The notes: generated by a model from the letters alone, not told the origin. A stretch of DNA of 45,274 bases from a candidate division WOR-3 bacterium (GCA_039801565.1 JBDRUX010000007.1:1-45274), one strand, 5' to 3'; shown: positions 1 to 11,837, numbered from the stretch's first letter. Program-made: numbers and translations.

Positions 1-193
1 GAAAGAATTAGAAGAATGGGATCGAAAAAACGGTATTTCCGATACCGAAAAATCAACTATTGGAGTATGAAATTGCAGACAATTTGTTACTTGACCTATA
101 ACATCTAAAATATCAAATAGTTAAAAGAAATTTTGACTTGATTTTTGTGTTAGTTTTAACTAACCTTTTGCGATGTTGATTGTTACTGAAGCA

Positions 194-400
194 ATGGCGA
201 AAAAACTTAAAACGTTAAGAGCGGAAGCCAAATTGATTTAAGGGCAAGTAGCCGAACAATTTAGAGTCAAAGTTTTATTGCCTGTTTAGAAAACGGACTC
301 ATCCAGAATCCAAGTTACGAGCAGTTCTTGACTTTCTTTGAATTTGCAGTGTCTCTTGGATTGAATTTTTAATTTTAAGCAAAGATACAAAAGATGATGG
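194..400 (+). pseudogene. Decayed XRE-family helix-turn-helix regulator
   Basis: Manual translation from ATG 194 gives MAKKLKTLRAEAKLI*GQVAEQFRV, then after a frameshift SFIACLENGLIQNPS. This is the HTH_3 pattern (LR..LTQ.QVA...I..LENG...NPS) with a stop and frameshifts. End is approximate. Confidence 0.55.
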
Positions 401-583
401 CACAATTACCGACACCGCCAACCAAAAGAAAAATCGAATGGGATGCTTTATGAAAATGGCAACCGAAAAATATCAGAAACCGATTTACAAATTCATCTGC
501 TCTTTAAGATTAAGAAAATTAGCAATTAGGTATTGAGCGGTGAGATTAAATATAGGTAAAGTAATGGAAAAGGTGTTTTAGAA

Positions 584-619
584 AAATATCGGATTATAAA
601 TAAATATCGGATTATAAAT
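584..619. repeat. Perfect 18-bp tandem duplication AAATATCGGATTATAAAT x2
   Basis: 584-601 is identical to 602-619. Confidence 0.9.
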
Positions 620-693
620 AACACCAAGTTCTTTATATTTTTATTGTCTAATAAGCCCGAATATCTTGTCTGGAAAAGTTTGTATTCTGAAGC

Positions 694-721
694 TTGACAA
701 ATAATTATAAGCTATTACAAT
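694..721 (+). promoter_or_regulatory. Sigma70-like promoter for yebC-ruvCAB
   Basis: TTGACA(694-699)-N16-TACAAT(716-721). Confidence 0.55.
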
Positions 722-892
722 AAGAATAAGAAATTTTAACTAAAATAAGAAAAGTTGGAGTAAAGTAACAATGAGAAATCCCGGGAATGTGGGTACGCGC
801 GAAGCCAACTGGTTATCATTAATTGTGGTTACTCAGTTAATAAAGCATAGCATTATTTCAAATAACTGGTTCGAAATTTAAGGAGGATTTAA

Positions 893-1648
893 ATGTCAGG
901 ACACTCAAAATGGGCACAAATTAAACATAAGAAAGCCAAAGCCGATGTCCAGAAGGGCAAGATTTTTTCTAAACTAATTAGGGAAATTACCACGGCAGCT
1001 CGATTAGGCGGCGGTGACCCCGAAGCTAATCCAAGATTGCGAACTGCGATCGAATCGGCACGCGCCGTTAATATGCCAATGGAAAATATCGAACGGGCGA
1101 TTAAAAAAGGGACCGGTGAATTACCAGGGGTAACTTACGAAGAAGTTGAATATGAAGGCTATGGTCCGGGTGGCGTGGCAATGATTGTTCGGGCTTTGAC
1201 CGATAATAAGAATCGAACCACCGCTGATGTCCGCCATCTCTTTGAAAAATATGGCGGCAATTTAGGTTCTACTGGTTGTGTCGCTTGGCAATTCCATCCC
1301 AAAGGGATTATTACCATCGCTAAAGATAAAACCGATGAAGATAAAATTTTAACCTTAGCGCTGGAGGCCGGAGCCGATGATGTGAAAAGCGAAGGCGATA
1401 CCTTTCAGATTGTTACCCCAGTCGAAAACTATGAAGCGGTGAAAAGACGCCTTAAGGAAGAAAATATCGAATGGCAGAATGCCGAATTGACGCGCATCCC
1501 CCAAACCACAATCCCCTTGGATGAGAAAAACGCTGAAAAGGTGTTGAGACTCTACGAAGCCTTAGAAGAATTAGACGAGGTGTCGCAAATTTATGCCAAT
1601 TTTGATATTGCTGACGATTTGATGGAAAAAATCTCAGCCAAGGTTTGA
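893..1648 (+). CDS. yebC: YebC/PmpR family protein
   Basis: MSGHSKWAQIKHKK start, YEGYGPGG and TDNKNRT motifs; AAGGAGG RBS; lies upstream of ruvCAB. Confidence 0.97.
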   Translation: MSGHSKWAQIKHKKAKADVQKGKIFSKLIREITTAARLGGGDPEANPRLRTAIESARAVNMPMENIERAIKKGTGELPGVTYEEVEYEGYGPGGVAMIVRALTDNKNRTTADVRHLFEKYGGNLGSTGCVAWQFHPKGIITIAKDKTDEDKILTLALEAGADDVKSEGDTFQIVTPVENYEAVKRRLKEENIEWQNAELTRIPQTTIPLDEKNAEKVLRLYEALEELDEVSQIYANFDIADDLMEKISAKV

Positions 1649-1655
1649 ATTAAAT

Positions 1656-2144
1656 TTGAAGATATTAGGTATTGACCCAGGACTTTCCGCGACCGGATAC
1701 GGCTTTTTGGCGAATGGTCAATATGGCAAGTATGGTGTAATCAAAACCCATTCCCATCAGCCATTAGCCCAACGGATTTCGGCACTCGTTTCGGAATTGG
1801 AACGAATTATTCGGAAAGAGAAACCGCAAGTCTGTGCGATTGAGACTTTATTTTTTAAAGTGATGGGTGGTGCCCGTAGTGTCTTGCTTTCTGCCCATCT
1901 GCGCGGTGCGATATTTTATTTACTCGCCCGATATTCAATCCCAATCGAAGAAATTACCCCAGCCCGAGTGAAATTGATGCTCACCGGTAATGGCCGGGCG
2001 TCCAAGCAACAGATGCAATTTATGGTAAAAGCCCTTCTGGGAATTAAAGAAAAAGTCCCCGAAGACGCCGCAGATGCACTGGCAGTCGCTTATTGCTTGG
2101 AGAAAAATTTAAGGCTTAATTCCAAGAAAATTCGGTTGCGCTAA
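1656..2144 (+). CDS. ruvC: Holliday junction resolvase RuvC
   Basis: ILGIDPGL..TGYG, TGNGRASKQQM, DAADALAVA. Confidence 0.95.
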   Translation: MKILGIDPGLSATGYGFLANGQYGKYGVIKTHSHQPLAQRISALVSELERIIRKEKPQVCAIETLFFKVMGGARSVLLSAHLRGAIFYLLARYSIPIEEITPARVKLMLTGNGRASKQQMQFMVKALLGIKEKVPEDAADALAVAYCLEKNLRLNSKKIRLR

Positions 2145-2704
2145 TGATAGCACTATTACGCGGTAAGATTATCGAAAAGGAACCAATGGCGGCAATCATT
2201 GATTGTCAAGGTTTAGGGCTTAAGGTTCACATTCCTTTATCAACCTCGCATAAGATTGGTGAGAAAGGTGATATGACCAGCCTTTATATTGAGACTGTTT
2301 TCAACCGAGATGGTTTTGCACTTTATGGGTTTGTCTCTAAAGAAGAGCGAACCCTATTCAATAATCTTACCGAGGTGCCCGGAATTGGACCAAGGGCAGC
2401 ATTAAACTTATTATCCCGGTTTGAAGCCGACGAGGCAAAAAAACTCATCGCGGAAGGGAAAGTGGAAATTTTGCGCACAATCCCTGGAATTGGTCCCAAA
2501 AAAGCCGCGATGATTGTCTTTAAATTAAAAGACCGGGTCGAAAAAAGCGCAATGGAACCTGACCTGATTACTGACGCAATAAAAGCCCTTGCCGCCTTAG
2601 GAATTACGCAGAAAGAGGCAAAAGCACGATTGCAAAAGATTCCCAACATTACCAATTTGACCCTAACCGAAATATTACGGAAAGCGTTAAGCAATGTCGA
2701 ATAA
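2144..2704 (+). CDS. ruvA: Holliday junction branch migration protein RuvA
   Basis: MIALLRG, LYGF, two HhH motifs ([16 protein letters not shown]). Confidence 0.95.
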   Translation: MIALLRGKIIEKEPMAAIIDCQGLGLKVHIPLSTSHKIGEKGDMTSLYIETVFNRDGFALYGFVSKEERTLFNNLTEVPGIGPRAALNLLSRFEADEAKKLIAEGKVEILRTIPGIGPKKAAMIVFKLKDRVEKSAMEPDLITDAIKALAALGITQKEAKARLQKIPNITNLTLTEILRKALSNVE

Positions 2705-3722
2705 AGAAAGGCTGACCACCCCACAACGATTACAAGGCGAGGAGATTTTTGATGTAACTCTGAGACCGAAAATGCTGGCGGAATTTATTGGTCATGAACG
2801 GTTGAAAGAAAACCTCAAGGTTTTTATCGAAGCCGCCAAACAACGTAACGAGGCATTAGAACATGTCCTACTTTTTGGGCCACCCGGCTTAGGTAAGACC
2901 ACTTTAGCCCATATCATTGCTAATGAGATGAATTCAGCAATTAAAGTTACGGCTGGTCCAATCTTAGAGCGTCCGGCCGATTTGGCTGGAATTCTAACCA
3001 GTCTGGAATGTAAAGACATCTTTTTCATTGACGAGATTCATCGGACTAATAAAGTAGTCGAGGAATTTCTTTATCCGGCCTTGGAAGAATTTTGTATTGA
3101 ATTAATTCTTGATAAAGGACCGGGTGCCCGTGCCGCAAAAATTCCGTTAAAGAATTTTACTTTGGTTGGCGCTACGACCCGTTCGGGTCTTTTAACCGCG
3201 CCCTTGCGTTCGCGCTTTGGCATTACCCTGCGTCTCGATTTTTATCCAGTTTCGGACCTCTTAAAGATTGTTAAACGCTCAGCCCGGATTTTAGCAATTG
3301 AAATTGATGATGGCGGCGCCACTGAGATTGCTCGGCGTGCCCGCGGTACCCCGCGAATTGCCAATCGGTTATTGCGCCGCGTTCGAGATTTTGCTCAGGT
3401 GAAAGGCAAAAAAGTTATTGACCAAGATATTGCCCAATATGCCCTAAATCAGTTAGATATTGATGAAAATGGATTAGATGAAATGGACCGCCGGATTATC
3501 TTAGTGATTATTGATAAGTTCAATGGCGGACCGGTTGGTATCAATAGCTTAGCGGTAGCGGTTGGTGAGAATCCTGAGACAATCGAAGAAATCTACGAAC
3601 ACTATCTAATTCGGGAAGGGTTCATTAAGCGAACACCGCGGGGCCGTGAAGCAACACCACTGGCTTATGAATATTTCCATCGGAAAATGCCGTCCTCCGT
3701 TCAAGGTCAAATGAAATTTTAA
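2694..3722 (+). CDS. ruvB: Holliday junction helicase RuvB
   Basis: [11 protein letters not shown]alker [30 protein letters not shown]. Confidence 0.98.
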   Translation: MSNKERLTTPQRLQGEEIFDVTLRPKMLAEFIGHERLKENLKVFIEAAKQRNEALEHVLLFGPPGLGKTTLAHIIANEMNSAIKVTAGPILERPADLAGILTSLECKDIFFIDEIHRTNKVVEEFLYPALEEFCIELILDKGPGARAAKIPLKNFTLVGATTRSGLLTAPLRSRFGITLRLDFYPVSDLLKIVKRSARILAIEIDDGGATEIARRARGTPRIANRLLRRVRDFAQVKGKKVIDQDIAQYALNQLDIDENGLDEMDRRIILVIIDKFNGGPVGINSLAVAVGENPETIEEIYEHYLIREGFIKRTPRGREATPLAYEYFHRKMPSSVQGQMKF

Positions 3723-3746
3723 TGGAATTTAGAAGCCAAGAAGTCC

Positions 3747-3774
3747 TTGACACTAAAAAAATCTTCTTTATATT
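3747..3774 (+). promoter_or_regulatory. Sigma70-like promoter for tRNA-Ile/sppA
   Basis: TTGACA(3747-52)-N16-TATATT(3769-74), ending 8 nt before the tRNA. Confidence 0.6.
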
Positions 3775-3782
3775 TAATTGTT

Positions 3783-3856
3783 GGGCCTGTAGCTCAGTTG
3801 GTTAGAGCATCCCGCTGATAACGGGAAGGTGAGTGGTTCGATTCCACTCAGGCCCA
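3783..3856 (+). tRNA. tRNA-Ile(GAT), CCA not encoded
   Basis: Acceptor GGGCCTG/CAGGCCC+A; D-arm AGCTCAGTTGGTTAGAGC; anticodon arm TCCCG-CTGATAA-CGGGA; T-loop GGTTCGATTCC. Confidence 0.97.
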
Positions 3857-3865
3857 TTCTCTTTT

Positions 3866-4723
3866 GTGCGCAAATCTACCCTTATCTTAATAATTATTCT
3901 TGGGATTATTGGCTATTTGGTCATTGGGTCAATTTTCCTTACGGTTTTGACTAACCCTTCCCGGCAATTCGCACCCTTGGGTAAGACAATTGGCCTAATC
4001 GAAGTCGAAGGGATAATTGCCGATTCCCGACCAATAATCCGTCAAATTAAAAGATATTATAAAAATCCCGCAGTTGCAGCAATTGTCTTACGCATTGATA
4101 GCCCAGGCGGTAGCGTTAGCGCCTGCCAGGAAATTTATACTGAGTTGAAGCGTGCCAAGACCAAAGGGAAAAAGGTGGTTGTCTCAATGGGACCCCTTGC
4201 CGCCTCGGGTGGCTATTATATCGCAACCCCCGCCGATTTGATTGTGGCTAATCCAGGGACAATTACCGGCTCGATTGGGGTAATTATGCAATTTCCCATC
4301 CTTGAGGAGTTGTTACGAAAAATCGGAATGAAGTTTGAAGTAATTAAATCTCAGGAGCATAAAGATATCGGCTCTCCCTTTCGGGAGATGTCACCGAAAG
4401 AGAGAGCCTTGTTAAAAGACGTGGTGACTTCAGTTTATGAGCAGTTCATCTCGGTCGTGGTCGAAAACCGTAAGATTCCAGAATCAAAAGTCCGCTCCAT
4501 TGCCGATGGTCGGATTTTTTCGGGCACGCAGGCAAAATCATTGGGACTTGTTGACACTTTGGGTTCGTTAGAAGATGCAATCCGTATTACTGCAGCTATG
4601 GTGGGAATTAAAGGTGAACCGACCGTTTGGCAGGAACGCAAACGTTTTCGCATCTCCGGTTGGCTTTTTAGTCGTGTGTTCAAAAGTCTTTTTCTCCCCG
4701 AATTGAAATTTATTCTTGATTAG
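3866..4723 (+). CDS. sppA: Signal peptide peptidase SppA (S49, 36K type)
   Basis: IDSPGGS, AASGGYYIA, TGSIGV motifs and an N-terminal TM. The track start (3833) lies inside the tRNA, so the in-frame GTG at 3866 is preferred. Confidence 0.92.
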   Translation: MRKSTLILIIILGIIGYLVIGSIFLTVLTNPSRQFAPLGKTIGLIEVEGIIADSRPIIRQIKRYYKNPAVAAIVLRIDSPGGSVSACQEIYTELKRAKTKGKKVVVSMGPLAASGGYYIATPADLIVANPGTITGSIGVIMQFPILEELLRKIGMKFEVIKSQEHKDIGSPFREMSPKERALLKDVVTSVYEQFISVVVENRKIPESKVRSIADGRIFSGTQAKSLGLVDTLGSLEDAIRITAAMVGIKGEPTVWQERKRFRISGWLFSRVFKSLFLPELKFILD

Positions 4724-4732
4724 GTTCCTGCT

Positions 4733-5122
4733 CTATTCCTCACCCTCTTCTTTTTCTTCATGACCGGTTAGGTCTCGATAGATTTTCTTAACCTCTTTGT
4801 AGATGTCTTGAATTTTTTCATATTTCTCTTGGGCTGGACTGGCTCGTAAATCGGCTACCGCGCTTTTCAGTTCACCCATTTTAGCATTAAATTGGTCTAC
4901 TTTAGGCTGGTCTTGGGGCGAGATCCCCTTCTCGGTTAATTTAGCCAGCCGTTCTTCGTAGCGGGCGATACTTTTATCCATTTTGTCGGCAAATTTGGCA
5001 TAGTCTTCCGCGGTCATCTGGCGACGAATTGTGGTCGGTCCGGCTCCCTTGCGCGCGATGACGACAAATATGATTGCCGCCACGACTAAGATTGCCAGAA
5101 TCGTCCATATTACTGGTCTCAT
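4733..5122 (-). CDS. Membrane-anchored helical/coiled-coil hypothetical protein
   Basis: AGGAGG RBS, N-terminal hydrophobic helix, charged amphipathic body; follows secA. Confidence 0.8.
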   Translation of the reverse strand: MRPVIWTILAILVVAAIIFVVIARKGAGPTTIRRQMTAEDYAKFADKMDKSIARYEERLAKLTEKGISPQDQPKVDQFNAKMGELKSAVADLRASPAQEKYEKIQDIYKEVKKIYRDLTGHEEKEEGEE

Positions 5123-5189
5123 TGTTCCTCCTTTTTGTTGTTAAGACCAATGATAGTCCGCCGAATCGGCTCTAATAAGACCGACTCGG

Positions 5190-8180
5190 TCATTGGTTGC
5201 GTCCGCAGCATTTTTTATATTTTTTACCTGAGCCGCACGGACAAGGCTCATTTCGACCAACCCGAACCGCTACCCTTTGGGTTGTCGGCTGGGTTGATAG
5301 TCGTTTGCCCGAATCGGGCGACTCCGTCCCACTTGGGACGGCTTGGGCTGAAATCGTTGGTTTGTAAGCCCGAATTGGTTGGGGTTTTCTTTCCGAAACT
5401 TGCACCTGGGCACGAAATAATAAAGTTAAAGCTTCTTTATGAAAATCTAACATTAACTCGTCAAACATCCGGAATGACTCCTGCTTGTATTCAATCAAAG
5501 GGTCTTGCTGACCATAAGCCCTTAGTCCAATTCCCTCGCGCAAGATATCTAAAGCGTAGAGATGGTCACGCCATTTAGTATCTAAGGTTCTTAAAAAAAC
5601 ATATTTTAACAAATCTTGAAATAACTCTTCGCCCAATTCTTGTTTTCGGTCGAAAAACCGTTGTTGCGCAATCTTCAGTAGCTCAGTGAAGAGTGTTTCC
5701 CGCTTGAATGTTTTCTTTGTGGTCTCGTCAACGGTAAAATCGGTAAGAAAGATTAGACCAAATTCCCCACGCAAAGAATCCCACTGCCATTCTTCAGAAA
5801 ATTTTGAATTCGTATATTTTGCTAACAGATCCTCAATTACTGCGGTGGCTGATTTTTCATATTCTTGTTCTAACTTATCACCTAATAGTATCCGGTCACG
5901 TAGGCTGTAAACCACTTCCCGCTGTTTATTCATCACATCATCATATTCTAAGAGGTGTTTGCGAATCTCAAAGTTGCGGGCTTCAACTCGTTTTTGGGCA
6001 TTTTCAATCGCCCTTGAGACCAAAGGATGCTCAATTGGTTCCATCTCTTTTGCTCCGAAACGGTCCATAATTGCCACCACTTTATCAGAACCAAACAGTC
6101 GCATTAAATCGTCCTCTAAGGAGAGAAAGAAACGAGATGAGCCTGGGTCACCCTGCCGGCCCGAACGGCCCCTTAGCTGATTGTCAATTCTTCTTGCTTC
6201 GTGGCGCTCGGTGCCAATTATATACAACCCGCAAGGGACTTCGCGCAAACACCGGCCAGGTTCAGCTTCCCAATACTCACAAGAACCACCGCTGGGAATA
6301 TTAAGATAACAACCTTCGCCTTTTACCACTCCTTTGCCCAATTTGATATCAGTGCCACGACCTGCCATATTGGTGGCAATGGTAACTGCCCCCGGTTGAC
6401 CAGCTAAGGCAACAATTTCGGCTTCCTTTTGGTGATATTTGGCATTTAATACTTGATGGTTAATCCCGCGGCGTCGGAGCATCCGCGAAAGGGTCTCGGA
6501 GACTTCCACCGAAGTCGTACCAACCAAGATTGGTCGGTTAAGCTTATGCCATTTTTCAATCTCATCGAGAATTGCATTATATTTCTCGCGCCGGGTCTTA
6601 TAAACGACATCTGGATAATCAATCCGCCGAACCGGCTCATTAGTTGGAATCGAGACAACATCGAGTTTATAAATTTGCCAAAACTCAGTTGCTTCGGTAG
6701 CCGCAGTCCCAGTCATTCCAGCCAATTTTTCGTAGAGACGAAAATAATTTTGTAAGGTGATTGTCGCTAAGGTTTGTGTCTCTTCTTGGACTCTAACTCC
6801 TTCTTTTGCTTCTAACGCCTGATGAAGACCGTCGGAAAAACGCCGGCCCGGCATCAACCGACCGGTGAATTCATCCACGATGATAACTTTACCATCGGAA
6901 ACGATATAGTCAACATCTTTTTCGAATAAGGTATAGGCTTTGAGCAGGGCTTGAAAGTTGTGTAACTTCTCGCTTTGGCGGGCATATTGTTCATAGGCGC
7001 GTTCTTTTTCATAAACTTTCTCTTTAGGTGTAAGTTTTGGGTCCTGGTCAATCTTTGCCAATTCCGTTGATAAATCCGGTAAGACAAAAGCGCTTGAATC
7101 ATTGGGGGCAATCGCCTGCCGACCTTTCTCGGTTAAGTCAATCGTATGATTTTTTTCATCAATCACAAAATAGAGTTCATCGTCAATCTCATGGAATCGT
7201 TTGTCCCGAATAAAATCCAATTCTACCCGCTCGATTAATTTCTTAACTCCTTCTTCTTGTTCAATTTTAAGTAGTCGTTTGTTTTTCGGCATACCCCGCC
7301 GGGCTTGCAGCAACTTGATACCCGCCTCATATTCCTGATTTGCCTTAAGCAAGGCTTCAGCTTCTTCAACAATTCGATTGACCAATACCGTTTGAGATTG
7401 ATAAACCCTTTTAACTAAAGGTGCCAGTCCATCAAAACTTTTGGTCGAAGCCTCGACCGGACCGGAGATAATGAGTGGGGTTCTGGCTTCGTCAATCAAA
7501 ATTGAATCAACCTCGTCAACAATTGCATAATAATGTCCCCGTTGCACCTTATCTTCAAAACGTAAAACCATATTATCCCGCAGATAGTCGAAACCAAATT
7601 CATTATTTGTACCATAGGTAATATCGGCGTTATAATGGGGTTTGCGTTCTTCTGAACTCATCCCTTGTTGAATACAACCTACCGAAAGTCCTAAGAATTC
7701 ATAAATTGGTCCCATCCACTCCCGGTCCCGCCGCGCCAAATAATCATTAACGGTTACTAAGTGGACCCCACGTTTGGTCAAGGCATTTAGATACAACGGC
7801 ATCGTTGCGACTAAGGTTTTACCTTCACCGGTCTTCATCTCCGCAATCTTACCCTGGTGTAAGACAATGGCACCAATTAGTTGCACATCAAATGGTACCA
7901 TATTCCAGGTTGTCTCAATATCGCAGACCAGCCATTTTTTACCTAAGAGCCGGCGGCAGGTCTCTTTAACTAAGGCAAAGGCTTCGGGTAAAATTGCATC
8001 TAACGACTCGCCATCTTTGATGCGATTGATAAAGTCTTCGGTCTTTTTAGGAAAATCGCTTTGGTCCAAATTTTTATAAGATTCCCAAATTCGATTTATC
8101 TCATCAACGATTGGCCAAAGGCGCTTCAGTTCGCGTTCGTCTTTGGTTCCAATAAATTTAGCCAGGAGCTTGTCTAACAT
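5190..8180 (-). CDS. secA: Preprotein translocase ATPase SecA
   Basis: MKTGEGKT, DEVDSILIDEARTPLIISG, ATNMAGRGTDI, QLRGRSGRQGDPG, C-terminal SEC-C CPCGSGKKYKKCC. Confidence 0.99.
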   Translation of the reverse strand: MLDKLLAKFIGTKDERELKRLWPIVDEINRIWESYKNLDQSDFPKKTEDFINRIKDGESLDAILPEAFALVKETCRRLLGKKWLVCDIETTWNMVPFDVQLIGAIVLHQGKIAEMKTGEGKTLVATMPLYLNALTKRGVHLVTVNDYLARRDREWMGPIYEFLGLSVGCIQQGMSSEERKPHYNADITYGTNNEFGFDYLRDNMVLRFEDKVQRGHYYAIVDEVDSILIDEARTPLIISGPVEASTKSFDGLAPLVKRVYQSQTVLVNRIVEEAEALLKANQEYEAGIKLLQARRGMPKNKRLLKIEQEEGVKKLIERVELDFIRDKRFHEIDDELYFVIDEKNHTIDLTEKGRQAIAPNDSSAFVLPDLSTELAKIDQDPKLTPKEKVYEKERAYEQYARQSEKLHNFQALLKAYTLFEKDVDYIVSDGKVIIVDEFTGRLMPGRRFSDGLHQALEAKEGVRVQEETQTLATITLQNYFRLYEKLAGMTGTAATEATEFWQIYKLDVVSIPTNEPVRRIDYPDVVYKTRREKYNAILDEIEKWHKLNRPILVGTTSVEVSETLSRMLRRRGINHQVLNAKYHQKEAEIVALAGQPGAVTIATNMAGRGTDIKLGKGVVKGEGCYLNIPSGGSCEYWEAEPGRCLREVPCGLYIIGTERHEARRIDNQLRGRSGRQGDPGSSRFFLSLEDDLMRLFGSDKVVAIMDRFGAKEMEPIEHPLVSRAIENAQKRVEARNFEIRKHLLEYDDVMNKQREVVYSLRDRILLGDKLEQEYEKSATAVIEDLLAKYTNSKFSEEWQWDSLRGEFGLIFLTDFTVDETTKKTFKRETLFTELLKIAQQRFFDRKQELGEELFQDLLKYVFLRTLDTKWRDHLYALDILREGIGLRAYGQQDPLIEYKQESFRMFDELMLDFHKEALTLLFRAQVQVSERKPQPIRAYKPTISAQAVPSGTESPDSGKRLSTQPTTQRVAVRVGRNEPCPCGSGKKYKKCCGRNQ

Positions 8181-8276
8181 TTCCCCGATTTATTCTAATC
8201 TGAAAATAACAGAACCGGGCTTTTGTTAAAAACCCGCCTGTGACGCATACCGATAACGAGATGTGTCACAAAATAT

Positions 8277-8304
8277 ATTTTATCAATAAATTTTACTTTG
8301 TCAA
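8277..8304 (-). promoter_or_regulatory. Sigma70-like promoter for secA
   Basis: Minus strand TTGACA(8304-8299)-N16-TAAAAT(8282-8277). Confidence 0.6.
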
Positions 8305-8337
8305 GCCTTTCGCTTGGGCAATTTTTGATTCAAGAGA

Positions 8338-9441
8338 TTATGAGTTGCGTTTAGACACAGTAACTGAATTGCCCGTAACCTCAATTTTTAATTCCGGTAG
8401 GAATTGGTTTATAACCCAAATGTTAGTAAGGAGATGATTGGTAATTTTGGTTGTGGTGAACGTAATTGATTTTACAGGCCTTGACCGCGCGGTAGAGCCA
8501 TTAGATTTTTCACTTCTAACCATTAAAAGTGCCAAAAAAATTAATAATTGGTCAGCCAAGTGAGGGTCAAGAGCTGCCTTTTCTTTAAGATAATTATTAA
8601 ATTCCTCATATACCTCATCGGCTACTTTTTCGGCTGGTTTACCTTTCGCTCCTAAAGCGGAAAAACCAGCCCTTACTTTTTCCAACCGAGCGGATAAAAA
8701 CAAATAGGTTCCTGGGCAAACTGCTTTAACTACTTCACATTCAACTTTCGGCTCGAGATTTTGTTTATTAAGTTTTAGTAATTCAATTAAATGATTTTTT
8801 TGTCTTTCCGCAATTGTTAATGGTAAATTCGCCACTCTTGAGATTATCTTCAATTCTTTAAGTTCACCCGGTTCGGAAAGATTATAATCTGCCAAAGAGT
8901 CACCGGTCGGTTTAGTAAATTTTTTAATCGTCAGCGAAATTTTGCCTTTTCCTACTGGATAAAAACCATATTCCAGTAAATCGGCATGGGCATTAAATCC
9001 ATAGTTCGCAATGGTGGGTAGCAGAATTTCTTTTAAATAGTCGAAGGGTGGGCTGAAAGGCACATGGGTGCCGCCTTTGAGAATTATTCCGCTGTCTTTA
9101 TCAGCAAAAAAAAGAATTGGTAAAATTGTCTGAGCCACCAAAGTTACTGCCCCGGCGCTTCCTCGTTCTTCAGCAACATCAAATTCATATCTGCCCCCTT
9201 TAATCACTCTTGGTTCAAAAGTTAAAGTTAACGAGCCAAACCTATCACCAGATACCTTCGCATCGGTGACAATGCGTGTCGCATTGACCCCGGTAAGATG
9301 TTGGGCTAAAAGCCCTGGTTTCTTTCTACCTTTGCGAATATTATAGATTTGGAACGGTTTGGCGCAAATTGCCGAAAGCGCTAAGGCGGTGCGTAAAATC
9401 TGGCCACCACCTTCGCCATAAGAACCGTCGATCTCAATCAT
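8338..9441 (-). CDS. rtcA: RNA 3'-terminal phosphate cyclase
   Basis: IDGSYGEGGGQILRTALALS, GGTHVPFSP, GFYPVGKG, DPHLADQL (catalytic His), TNHLLTN. Confidence 0.96.
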   Translation of the reverse strand: MIEIDGSYGEGGGQILRTALALSAICAKPFQIYNIRKGRKKPGLLAQHLTGVNATRIVTDAKVSGDRFGSLTLTFEPRVIKGGRYEFDVAEERGSAGAVTLVAQTILPILFFADKDSGIILKGGTHVPFSPPFDYLKEILLPTIANYGFNAHADLLEYGFYPVGKGKISLTIKKFTKPTGDSLADYNLSEPGELKELKIISRVANLPLTIAERQKNHLIELLKLNKQNLEPKVECEVVKAVCPGTYLFLSARLEKVRAGFSALGAKGKPAEKVADEVYEEFNNYLKEKAALDPHLADQLLIFLALLMVRSEKSNGSTARSRPVKSITFTTTKITNHLLTNIWVINQFLPELKIEVTGNSVTVSKRNS

Positions 9442-9489
9442 TAATTAAAGTAAAGGCAAAGCATTGGGAAGTTAAATTTTGACTTTTAA

Positions 9490-9726
9490 TTAACTCTTCT
9501 TCGGTGACTCGGTCGCTTTTGGTTTCGGTTCCTTATTTTCTGGATTTTTCTTATAATCGGTGATATAAAAACCGCTGCCTTTGAAAATTAATCCCGAGCC
9601 ACCAGAAATTAATCGTTTCACTTTGCCCTTGCAGACCGGACAGGTTGTAACCGGGGTATCAGTTATCTTTTGAAAGAGTTCAAAATGGTGATTACACTTA
9701 ATGCACTGGTATTCGTAAGTCGGCAT
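9490..9726 (-). CDS. FmdB-family zinc-ribbon protein
   Basis: MPTYEYQC..C...CPVC...FKGSGFYITDY. Confidence 0.92.
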   Translation of the reverse strand: MPTYEYQCIKCNHHFELFQKITDTPVTTCPVCKGKVKRLISGGSGLIFKGSGFYITDYKKNPENKEPKPKATESPKKS

Positions 9727-9742
9727 ATTAAGTACTTAGCGT

Positions 9743-9768
9743 CGGGGGACGCTCAACCGCGTCCCCCG
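9743..9768 (-). terminator. GC-rich hairpin downstream of groEL (no U-tract; stabiliser or weak terminator)
   Basis: CGGGGGACGC-TCAACC-GCGTCCCCCG, perfect 10-bp stem. Confidence 0.5.
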
Positions 9769-9795
9769 GTCAGTTTGCAATCGGTTGTTAAAGAA

Positions 9796-11719
<1,924 letters not shown>

Positions 11720-11837
11720 ATTCTTGCCTCCTTTCTCAAATTACCGATAAGCACAGAAATATGATACCGAGGTGAATCATAGTAATGGATGCGTTTTAGT
11801 CGGTACTGAGTTCTCGCTTCGGTATCACCTGTGCTTT

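Noticed and set aside
2..70. Possible 3' end of an upstream CDS (KELEEWDRKNGISDTEKSTIGV*)
   Set aside because: Too short to support or assign
765..845. Possible c-di-GMP-I-like riboswitch upstream of yebC (GGGTACGCGCGAAGCC, AACTG...CAGTT)
   Set aside because: Only a loose resemblance; the GCAAA/GNRA P1 features are not convincingly present. It needs an Infernal search.
3833..3865. Track N-terminus of sppA
   Set aside because: Overlaps the tRNA-Ile T-arm and acceptor stem
5135..5578. 147-aa + strand ORF, and other antisense or nested track ORFs over secA, groEL, the permease, mfd and PBP1A
   Set aside because: Shadow ORFs of well-supported genes with no recognisable motifs
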